A stretch of DNA of 64,000 nucleotides from the human T2T-CHM13v2.0 reference genome, Homo sapiens. The position numbers and the translations under genes are program-made. The stretch lies in the NCBI RefSeq assembly GCF_009914755.1, contig NC_060935.1; one strand, 5' to 3'. Numbering within the stretch: the stretch's first letter is position 1; the number at the start of each line of letters is the position of its first letter. This document shows positions 52,530 through 64,000 of this stretch, piece by piece. A model generated the notes under the pieces. That model made no database searches. It had not been told where the DNA came from and saw only the letters and a list, made by a program, of their open reading frames with translations.

Positions 52530-52900
52530 TACTGACAACACCAGGGCTGAGGCCTCCAGCCTTTCACACTGAAATAATTACAATAAACCCCTAGGTGCTC
52601 TCCTGCTTCCAGTCTTGATCCTTCAATCCATTTTACATACTGTAGTTGGGATTATCATTAAAAAATTAAAATCTAGCTGTATCACTCTCTATCTTAAATA
52701 TACCTTCCCTGTTTCTCCCACGGTCCTTAGCATTAAGTCTTAACACAACTATAAGTCCCTTCTTGATATTTTCTTTCCCTATCTCTCTAGCTTCATGTCT
52801 TACAATTTACAAGACTTTATAAGCTCAGTGTCTGTCATGGTGCCTGGCACACAAGTTGGGGGTTCAGTAAATAATTGCTGAGTGAATGAGTGAATTAATG
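52530..52900 (+). mobile_element. L2 fragments
   Basis: ctcctgcttccagtcttgatccttcaatccattt and the L2 3' end gtgcctggcacac...cagtaaataattgctgagtgaatgagtgaat. A further L2 tail lies at ~53480-53590. Confidence 0.65.
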
Positions 52901-53022
52901 ATCATGGCCATATTGCACTGATTAGGTTTCCTGCATACTCTTTTCACTTCCTGGGCCTTTGTTATGCATTCTCTCTCCTGCAAGCACTGCTCTCAGCTTC
53001 ATGCCTATGCATTCTGCTGACT

Positions 53023-53338
<316 letters not shown>

Positions 53339-53652
53339 CCCATTCTGCTGACTCCTTTTCATCCTTCTGGTCCCATATCTTTTCATCTAGGAATTCTTTT
53401 ATAACCGCTCAGGTCTATGTCTTTTCTCCTTTGCTAGTCTCTCAGTGAATCCTCAGCTCTGTGAAGGAAACACCTGGGTTTCTCTTTATTCACCACTGAT
53501 GCCCCAGCAATTTTCAATGTACCTGATGCATTCCTTGGGCTCTAAATACTTGTTAACCAATGAATAAGAAATAGAAAGAATGAATGAATTATATTTATTC
53601 TGAAATGGCTTTGGATATATACAGAGCTACATAGTCTTCAAAACAGCTTTTA

Positions 53653-54192
53653 TCTTGTGAGGTGCTGTGGAAGTGGGGGGCCTGCAGACCCAGGTGGCTT
53701 GGCTTCCTGGATTCAGCCCCCTTCCTAGGGGTACTTAGGGACTTCACGCCCTGCCTGAGTTGCAGACAAGTTTGTTGGGGATCCTTGGGCCAGAGTTTGT
53801 AAAGCTCCTGGGTCTCTGTGTGTGACTGAGCAGCTGCTCTGTGGAGACTACACAGCTGTGTGTCGGACCCAAGGCCCTGGTGGCCTGGGCTCACGAGGGG
53901 ATTTCCTGATCCACGGGTTACAAAGATTCATGGGAAAAGCATGGTTTTCTGGGGTTGTACATTCCCTTACCGCATCGTGGGGGTTCCCTTGGCTCCCTGC
54001 TGCTCCTGGGTGAGCCATACCGCTGTGCTGCTTTTCTTCATTCTCTGTGGGTGGAGTTGTTTCCCTGATCTGTCCCAAATGCATGTACCTGGATCTTTCA
54101 GTTGAAGATGCTGTATCACTTGTCCGTTTCTTTCCTCTCCGTGAGTGCCACGGACCTCAGCTGCTTCTAATCGGCAATCTTGGCCCCCTCCA
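53653..54192 (-). mobile_element. Isolated 5'UTR of an older primate L1 (L1PA8-16 range), no ORFs and no tail, flanked by a TSD
   Basis: Minus strand starts GGAGGGGGCCAAGATTGCCGATTAGAAGCAGC (L1 5' terminus). Perfect direct repeat caaaacagctttta at 53639-53652 and 54193-54206. Confidence 0.8.
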
Positions 54193-55004
54193 CAAAACAG
54201 CTTTTAATAATAAAATGTTACCAAAAAGTAAACTGATCGACAGAGGAATAGAACATAAATAGCTCATAATCATAAGATAAAATGTTGCTGAAAGCAGAAA
54301 AATTTCAAGATTAGCTATTTGTTCATATGCTAGGAATTTGCTTCTATTTCTTTTGTATTCTTCAGCATAAGGAGTAAAAACAAACTGTGGTTCCCCCAAG
54401 AGGTCCAGCTAGAATTCTCCTTAGTGCCTGAATCAGATAAGGAAACAATTCCTATCATCAGTACTATTTTTTTTAGCTCTACATTTTGTTGAATTCATTT
54501 ACCTTCCTTAATAATTCTATTCATTCATTCGAGGTTTATCACGTGCCAGACATTGTGCTACCTTGTGGCAATTATTGTTATCTAGTAGGCAAGTACTTTA
54601 TGGGCCATGATTGTATGTTTAACTAATAGGAATTTCAGCCTGAAATTCAGATGCTTTTTTAATGGAGCCGTCACTCTTTCTGATGGGTTTTCAGCATAAT
54701 ATGGGTGCCTTGAGCAATACAAAATGGTTCAGAAGCCTACACTGACATTTGGAAACATGATATAAACTTCATTACCTACCCATGAGAGGTTATGGCCCAT
54801 TGCTATTACAGTCTTAAAGTGGTTAGATACCGTAATGTTTAAGAAAACAAACGACCATCAATTATGATAAATAAAAAAGCAGAGTTGTTAATAAAATTTC
54901 TTATATTTTTAGTTAGATAACAATCTAATATATGCATTGTGCCTAGCATAGTCTGTGGTCCCAAAATGGTAAGTAGTATAATTAACTGACCTTTTCATTA
55001 TTAC

Positions 55005-55170
55005 TCTGTGGCAGAATATCATAGCAGTTAAGAGTATGGTCTGGAAAATCTGTCATAGTTTGGTTACCAGCTCGTCGATATATCTATTTTGATATCTTCT
55101 CCTTCCTGTAAGCTTCCTAACTTGTAAAATGAAGATAATAGTAGTGCTTACCTCTTTGAAGTGTTACAGA
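55005..55170 (+). mobile_element. MIR fragment
   Basis: atagcagttaagagtatggtctgg...tgtaaaatgaagataatagtagtgcttacctc. Confidence 0.6.
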
Positions 55171-55434
55171 CATTACTGCTAGATACCAATATATGCTATT
55201 ATTTCTTTTGTTTGTGAGAAGAAAGCCTATGAATCCATATACAGGATGAAACTAGTAAAACTAAGCCCCAACTTAGTAGAATTTCCCAAATATGCAGAGT
55301 TGTCCTCAGTTGTTTTCTCTCTTTCCTTGAACCATTTCTATACCCCTCAATGCAGAATCTGTGAATCATATGGTGAATGTTTTCTTCATCCAATCAATTT
55401 GTCCCACTGCAATTATCCAAAATGTCCTTTTGAC

Positions 55435-55768
55435 TTTTTCTTTTTTTTTTAAAATTATACTTTAAGTTTTAGGGTACATGTGCACAACGTGCAGGTCAGT
55501 TACATATGTATACATGTGCTATGTTGGTGTGCTGCACCCATTAACTTATCATTTAACATTAGGTATATCTCCTAATGCTATCCCTCCCCCCTCCCCCCAC
55601 CCCACAACATGCCCCGGTGTGTGATGTTCCCCTTCCTGTGTCCATGTGTTCTCATTGTTCAATTCCCAGCTATGAGTGAGAACATGAGGTGTTTGGTTTC
55701 TTGTTCTTGCGATAGTTTGCTGAGAATGATGGTTTCCGGCTTCATCCATGTCCCTACAAAGGACATGA
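55435..55768 (-). mobile_element. L1PA 3'-end fragment (~330 bp)
   Basis: T tail plus L1PA 3'UTR and extreme ORF2 C-terminus. Starts ~33 bp past the OR stop codon. No convincing TSD. Confidence 0.93.
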
Positions 55769-55801
55769 CTAAATTGAATCAATGTTGAGCTCTAGTTACA
55801 T

Positions 55802-56732
55802 TTATTTGTTACCTGAAATGTCCTTTCTACTACACAATTTCCTGATGGCATTTTTCATCTGGGCATTCCTCAAGGTATAGATTAAGGGGTTTAACATAGG
55901 AGTTATCATAGTGTAGAATATAGCAACTGCTTTATCAATAGGTAAAGTAGCTGCAGGTCTCATGTACACAAATATGCAGGGCACAAAGAATAAGATGACA
56001 ACTGTGATGTGGGAGACACAGGTGGAGAGGGCTTTGTGCCTTGCCTCCAAGCTGTGAGTCCTTAGGGAGCGCAAGATGACCACATAGGAGACCAGCAGGA
56101 GGACAAAGTTTAACAAGCAGATGAATCCACTGTTGGCAGCAATGAAGAGTCCCAGCATATGGGTGTCAGTGCAGGCGAGGTTGAGCAAAGGGTTCAGATC
56201 ACACATAAAGTGATCTATGACATTAGGACCACAGAAAGGTAATTGGAAGATGAAGAGGATCTGTATGGTTGCATGAAGAAAGCCTCCCATCCACACCACT
56301 CCCATTAGCAGGGCATACACACACTGGTTCATGATAGTCATATAGTGCAAGGGCTTGCAGATGGCCACATAGCGGTCATAGGCCATCACAGTAAGTAGGA
56401 TACCCTCTGCACCTCCGAAGAAATGTTCTCCAAAGACTTGAGTCATGCATCCATTGAATAGGATGGTGTTCTTTCCATAGAGTGAATCTGTGATCAGCTT
56501 AGGGGTATTGACAGAAGAATAGCAGGCATCTATAAAGGAGAGATAGGCCAGGAAAAGGTACATGGGGGACCCCAGTGATGGGCTGGCAGTGATGGTGACC
56601 ACAATGAGCGCATTTCCCACCACAGTGATGATATAGATGACAAAAAAACACAACAAATATGATTTTCTGCATCTTTGGATTCTCTGTAAGCCCTAGTAAA
56701 ACAAACTCTGTCACGTTATTCCTATTCTCCAT
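55802..56732 (-). pseudogene. OR4C10P: Olfactory receptor family 4C pseudogene, OR4C46/OR4C13-like, single +1 frameshift (symbol tentative)
   Basis: [30 protein letters not shown] in one frame; after the T7 run (56642-56648) [10 protein letters not shown]...[15 protein letters not shown]...KALSTCVSH...[12 protein letters not shown]...GNK* in another. Length 931 bp. Candidate acceptor ttttcAG at 56762-56763. The family call is firm; the symbol is inferred only from recalled gene order. Confidence 0.93.
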
Positions 56733-57326
56733 GTATTTCATGTGATGATTAATTGCATTACCTGAAAACATTTTTTATTAATACAACTTTGAATTTATTA
56801 CACATCTCCATTTTAATAATAAATGCTTGAATTTTATTAAACTGTAAATTCTTATAAGATTTTTCTTGAGATGTTAATAAAGTTTCTCAGTTCTTGAAGA
56901 TTACTTGGTGAAGACTCTGTGAAGAGTATAAATATTAGGATCTCTTGTGAACAAAGTCAGGATGTCATGTGTGTTTACTCAACCATCTGGGAGGCCTAAG
57001 AGCTCAATTTGAAGTAGTAGATTGGATACACAGTAGCAGCTAAACCTGAAAAGGGAGATGGACTATGAATTTAAAGACCATGGTGTAAAGCTAAGGAATT
57101 TGCCATTTATTCTTTAGGAAATGGGGAACATTGGTAGGTTACCGTGAGTATGAGTGGGAAGATGGAGAGGAATTTGAGGAGTAGGAATCTTGGAATATCC
57201 CACGAGTAAAAGTCTTTGTGTGTCTTGGATGAAGTGGGCTGAAGTTCCGCAAAGCAGGTGTTAGCCAGAGAAAGGAACCCCAGTGGGCAGAGTATTTAGA
57301 GTACTTGACATAAGAAGTAACTGGGT

Positions 57327-57613
57327 GGCTGGGCCGGTGGCTCACACCTGTAATCCCAGCACTTTGGGAGGCCTAGGCAGGTGGATTACGAGGTCAGGAA
57401 ATCAAGACCATCCTGGCCAACATGGTGAAACCCCATCTCTACTAAAATACAAAAAGTTAACCAGGCGTGATGGTGCTTGCTTGTAGTCCCAGCTACTTGG
57501 GAGACTCAGGCAGGGGAATTACTTGAACTCAGGAGGCAGAAATTGCAGTGAGCCAAGATCACGCCACTGCACTCCAGCCTGGGTGACAGAGAGAGACTCC
57601 ACCTAAAAAAACC
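57327..57613 (+). mobile_element. Alu (AluSc-like)
   Basis: Dimer; TSD agaagtaactgggt at 57313-57326 and 57614-57627. Confidence 0.95.
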
Positions 57614-57964
57614 AGAAGTAACTGGGTATTGGTGATAGAAATATAAAAAAAGGATATAAGAGCTACTAAAATAATTCATAATGCTTATTGTCTAAATCTA
57701 ATTAACTTTATAATAACTAATATTATATGCCCTTTAATAATTAATTGCCTTGCAAAAGGCATAGTAGTAAGTGCTTTGCACACATGATTACAGTGAACAC
57801 TTTTAACATCCTAGGTGACCAGTATTATTTCATCAAATTTTCAGATAAGGCAGCAATATTAGTGATTAATGTTAATAGTTATGTTAACACAATGATATTT
57901 ATATTATACAATAATGTAATATTATTTATATTAACATTATAACACTCATAATATTGATAATATT

Positions 57965-58145
57965 AACGAAAACATACTGAGCACTAGTGTCTTCTAAATT
58001 TCTTTTTGCAGGCAATCACAAAATAAACCCAGAAAATAGTACTATCATTTTTATACTTATTTTACATATTAGGAAGTAGAAGCATAGGGAAGTTAAAGAT
58101 CCCATCCAAGATCAAGCAGTTTAATAAAGGGCAGAGTCAAGATTA
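57965..58145 (-). mobile_element. MIR fragment
   Basis: attttacatattaggaagtagaagcatagggaagttaaagatcccatccaagatca resembles the antisense MIR core. Confidence 0.55.
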
Positions 58146-58507
58146 GTCACATTATACTAGTTAATTTTTTCTCTCCAAATTCTGAGCTCATGCCCTATGT
58201 TGTTATGTTATAATAAACAATGTTGAACTAATAATCTCCTTTTGATATGACCATTATGATTATAATTACTTTAATACTACTTCAGAGGCAATTTGTATGG
58301 AGCAATTTCATTAGCAGTACCCCCCTCCCCACCCACAACACAGTGACATCTTTGAACTCTCAAATATTAAGAAAAATGTGGTATCGAATCATTGAAGGTA
58401 CATCTATCTTAGCTTCTCCCTTAGTCCCAGCTCTTTCCTCAACACCGCTCCCCCACACCAAGTCGTGGGCCCCCAGACTCTTGAGCAAAATGTTGAAAAT
58501 GACTACT

Positions 58508-59220
<713 letters not shown>

Positions 59221-60659
59221 GATGCATATAGGACTTTCTTTACTTTTATAAGTGTGTACACAGCTAAGGGATCTTAAGAATTGATCATTAGAGCAATAAA
59301 CAGAGCATCATTAACCATGCAATAACCTCAGGAAGAATAATCTCCAACATTACTCTTGAAGAAGGCACAGTGACTCATACCGTCCATAGCAGTTGATCCC
59401 AGGAAGGGTTCTTCATGTTAGTGCTTGGACTAAACAGCTGACGATTTATGCAATTTAGTATTCATATTTATGTCCTTTGTGTATACGATGTGTATTTTAA
59501 TTTTGTTTTAATCTTTATGGCTAGTCTGATTATCATGGCAGAAGCACCCGGTGTCAGAGAGCTGGGTCCTACAAATTGCTTAATTTCTAAGAACCTCAAA
59601 ATTTTCAACTGTCAAATAGGTTAATTATATTTACTATCTTTTGAAACATTGGGATGAGGATGAAAGCCTCTATATACTATGTTTGAGGTGTTGAAAAATA
59701 ATGATTACTGACTACTTAAAGTAACCATCTTTAAGAAGCGTCGGTACTATTAGAAAACTTACCTTAGTAGTCTTAGTTAGATAATCTTAATGATGTTTGG
59801 GAGTGTTCAGACACAATCATCTTCAAACTGATCTTCTTTTGGAATTAGTAAGTTTTGGTGTGAAAGATTTAACACATGGAAAGAGCCTATTCAGATGATT
59901 CAATGTTAAATCACAGTTGTTAAAAAACTGTACACATTAAATGTGTAGTTTTTTGGTATATCAGTTATAATTCAATAAAGAAAGTGTTCTTATGACTATA
60001 AATCTTTTTATCTGGTGTAAGTCTCAAAAATATTCACAGAAAACCTGGGACTTGAATTAAAATCAATTCACTGGAAACACTATGAAGAATTGATTATATA
60101 TGGCTCTGGTTCCACGTGCAAGAGGCAGAAGGTGTGGAGGAAACAGTTATAAATGGATCACTTTGTCCATGATTAATCTTGCTGTGGATAAGTGAAGAAG
60201 AAAAACATTTCTGTCTTGTACTGCATGAATATTTAAAGAGGTTTCTGTAAAGATTCAGGAATCTTATTTTATAGCTGCTGCTTTCTCTCCTAGGAATTAA
60301 TTATCTCCTTTGATGGAAAAACTTTGCCACAGAAGCAGTATTCTGGAGAGACATGTTTAAAAAAAAAAACAAAAAACAAATCCTGAATAAAGAATTTCAT
60401 TCTTTACCCTTGGAACCTAATCCTATGAGTCCTCTTTCTCTATCGAGCCTGTGTTGTTAAGAATGCTGAATGCTGTTTGAGCAGCAAGGTAGCGTAACTT
60501 GTGTGTGGACCTGTGATGTAGTTTCTCTGTTGATTCATGTCACAGGAAGCTTCTTTTTTAAAAAAATCAACATTACACCTTTTTCTGGAAACCTGGTAAT
60601 AGTTGCTTGAGGTCTAGAGCAGTGAGGGCATGGAACTAATTGTGGCCATTTAATTAATT

Positions 60660-63600
60660 TTAATTTTTAAATTTAAAAATATTTAATTGACAAAGATTTT
60701 ATATATCCAAGGTAGATAAAATGTTGATTTGATCTAGGTGTACATTGTGTAATAGTTATTACAGAAAATTAATGCATACATTACTAATCATGCTATGCAT
60801 GAGATCCTCAGAACCTGTTCATCTTATAGATGAAAGATTGTTCTCTTTGATAAATATATTCCCATATCCCTCATTCCCCAGGCCCTGGCAACCATCATTC
60901 TACCATCATTCTCTCTGTTTCTATGAGTATGACTCTTTAGATTCTGCATACAAGTGAGATTATACAGTGTTTGACTTTCTGTGTCTGGCTTATTTCACTT
61001 AACATAGTGTCCTCTAGGTTTTTCCACATTGTCACAAATGGCAGGATTTCCTTAAGGTCAAAACAATTTCTTGTAGAATTTTTATAGATTTAGCATGAGG
61101 ATCTCTAACTCATTTTAAGGTCATTTTTGTGTGTGTGTGCATTGTATGAGGTAATGGCTGAAGATTTTTTTTTCTTATGGGTATCCAATTGACTCAGCAT
61201 AATTTGTTGAAAAATATTGAGTTGCCTTGGCATTCTTTTAAAAATTTATATATTTAGATGTATTTTTGGACATTCTGTTATATTTTAATGAGCTATATTT
61301 TTATCCTTATGCCAATACCAAACAGTATTGATACTGGTACATTATACTAAATCTTGAAATTAGGTAGAGTAAGAACTAATCTTTCTTCTTTTTGATAATT
61401 ATTTGCTATTCTAGTTCCTCTTAAGTTTGCACATTTGTATATAAATTTCAGGATAAGCTTGTCAACATCTCCAAAAATTCTGATTTGAATTGCATTGAAA
61501 ATATAGAATGATATGGTAAAATAATTATTAAGTTTTCTAATTTATTAATATGGTATATCTCTCCGTTTATTTATGTATTTAATTTCTCTGACCAGTGTGT
61601 TCTACTTTTCATATACAGGTCTTGAATTGATTGTCATAATTTGCTCCTCAAATTTCATGTTTTAAAATAATGTTTTATATAGTATTTTGTTTCTAATTTC
61701 AATTTCTAATTGTTTGTTGCTATTGTAGAAATACAATTGATTTTTAAAATATTGACATTATATCCTGTTACTTTGCTAAACTTACTGATTAGGCCTATTA
61801 GTTTTTTGTAGAATACTTTAAATTTTCTACCTACATAGTTATGTCATCTGCAAATAAACGTATTTTTATAATTTTGTTTCTTCCTTTGCAATCTGTGTGT
61901 CTTTTATTTCCTTTTCTTATATTTTTGCAATGGCTGAAACCTAGGGTATATTGCTAGACCTAGGTTTCATAGCTGAATGGAAATGATGAGTGGACATCCT
62001 TGTCTTGTTCCCAATCTTAGAGGGATAGTGTTCATCATTAAGTGGAATCTGTAAGGCTATATGCACTTTCATTATTGACATGAGTTGTCTTTTCTCTCTC
62101 TCTCCCCTTACTTCTTTCCATCTTTTGCTCCTTCACATTAATTTAGCTAATTGTTTATCAATTTTATTGATCTTTTAAAATAATCAGATATTTGTTTCAT
62201 TGATTTTTCTATTTTTAAAATTTACATTTCATTGATTCTTGTTCTAATCCTTATTATTTCCTATCTTCTACTTAGTTTCTGCTTAATTTGTTGTTATTTT
62301 CTGTTTCTGTAGTACAAAACTTTTGATAATGTTTTCAGACATTATTTTAATTAATTAATTAATTTATTTTGAGATGGAGTCTTGCTGTGTCACCCAGGCT
62401 AGAGTGCACTGGCACGAATCTTGGCTCACTGCAACCTCTGCCTCCCGGGGTCAAGTGATTCTCTTGCCTCAGCCTCCCAAGTAGCTGGGATTACAGGCGA
62501 CCGCCACCACACCTCACTAATCTTTGTATTTTTAGTAGAGAAGGGGTTTCACCATGTTGGTCTTGAACTTCTGACCTTGTGATCCACCCACCTCGGCCTC
62601 CCAAAGTTCTGGGATTACAGGTGTAAGCCACTGTGCCTGGCCTATTTATTTTTAATGTATACATTTTGTGACCCAAATTTCCTTTTTAGAACTTTTATTA
62701 CTTCCGTGAAATTCAGATATGTTGTGCTTTAAATTTCATTTATTTCAAAATACTTTTTGTGTTGTGATTTCTTTAATTAACATAAAAATTACATGAAAAA
62801 ATTCATTTTTTGAGTATTTAAAAGTGTAAAATCAATTGGCTTTGGGTACAATCACAATGTTTTACAATAATTACAACTGTCTAATTGCAGAACATTTTCA
62901 TTGCCTCCAAATAGTTGAACAGTCATTCCAATTTCCCCTTTTCCCCAGTCCCTGGTAACCACTAATCTGCTTTTTGTTCCTATTAGTTTGCTTATTTTGG
63001 ACATTTTATATACATAGAATTATGCAATTTTCAACCTTTAGTGTCTTCTTTCACTTAGTATGCTTTCAAGATTCATCCATGTAGCATGCATCAGTACTTT
63101 ATTGTGGGCATACCACAATTTGGTTATCCATTCATACAGACTGATAGAAATTTAGGTTGTTTTCACAATTGTGAGTAGTGCTGCTATAAACTCTTGTGTA
63201 CAAGTTTGTTCAAACACCTGTTTTTAATTCTTTTGGGTATATACATAGGAGTGGAATTGCTGGGTCAGGTGGTCATTCTATGTTCAACTTTTTAAAGAAC
63301 AACCAAACAGTTTTTCACAGATCCATAGATTTTACATTTCCTTTAGTAATTGTAGTAGATTTCCAATTATTCAATATCCTTGCCAACACTGGTTAATTGC
63401 CATTTAAAAAAATTATGGCCATCCACTGGGTGTGAAGTGGTATTTCATTGCAATGTTGATTTACATTTCCCTAATGACCAAAGATATTTAGCATATTTTT
63501 ATATGCTTATTAGCTATATGTATATCGTATTTGGGAAAATGTCTTTTTCAATTCTTTGTTTATTTTCAAATTGGGTTGTTTACCTTTTTTTTGTTGAGTT

Positions 63601-64000
63601 GTAAGAGTTCTTTATATATTCTGGAAACAAGACTCTTATCAGATATATGATTTACAAATATTTCTCCTATTTTTTGGGTTGATTTTCACTTTTTTGATAG
63701 GGTACTTTGATTCAGAAGCATTTTTAATTTTGATAAAGTCCAATTTATGTATTTTGAAATTTGGGAACTGTGCTTTTACCATTTTATCAAGATTAGGATA
63801 GATAGTGACGTTTATTCTCACACGCTATTCTTGTTTTTCCCCAAATAATAGCCAGATAAGTGAATAGATCTTGTTTTATAATTTGTTATGCTTTGTTTTT
63901 CATTTTTTTCAAAATCTTTAATTATTAATGTGGAAAGAATAAAATAATAGCAGTATCCTGTCTCCAAATCCATGGACATGGAATATCTCTCTGTTTATTT
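60660..64000 (-). mobile_element. Stack of old L1M fragments (L1MA-type 3' end ~60660-61050; ORF2 pieces ~61060-62760; L1MB-type 3' end ~62770-63790)
   Basis: Antisense decayed L1 motifs (atgtcatctgcaaataa, catccttgtcttgttccc, aggagtggaattgctgggtca, atttccctaatgac). Confidence 0.7.
62345..62642 (-). mobile_element. Alu (AluS-type)
   Basis: Antisense dimer with a (TAAT)n-type tail, inside L1M. Confidence 0.93.

Noticed and set aside
55802-56656. 284-aa ORF as an intact OR CDS
   Set aside because: It begins at a non-ATG codon within TM1; the true ATG (56732) is in another frame.

Overview
Primate, very probably human, genomic DNA from an olfactory-receptor (OR4C subfamily) cluster. By inference this is the pericentromeric chr11 OR4 region. 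Most of the window is interspersed repeat: a HUERS-P3-type ERV1 provirus with two LTR9-like LTRs, a tRNA-Pro PBS and a nested LTR8-like solo LTR; seven young L1PA insertions stacked inside older L1M/L1PB hosts; several Alus; and MaLR, MIR and L2 fragments. Two convergent OR4C pseudogenes are present (43834-44764 +; 55802-56732 -). I found no intact host protein-coding gene, RNA gene or CRISPR array. Most striking observation: the L1PA copies are independent insertions (own TSDs, different subfamilies) yet share a patchwork of non-consensus mutations. These include ORF2 KLPMT->KLTMT in all five copies covering that codon and an identical ORF1 frameshift in the two arms of a tail-to-tail L1 pair, which suggests local interlocus gene conversion among neighbouring L1s. 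Also seen: two TSD-delimited 3' transductions, three twin-priming inversions, a tail-less 5'UTR-only L1 insertion with a perfect TSD, locally templated insertions, an ORF0 read-through ORF, and an OR inactivated by a single homopolymer frameshift. Repeat subfamily names and gene symbols come from recalled consensus sequences, not database searches.
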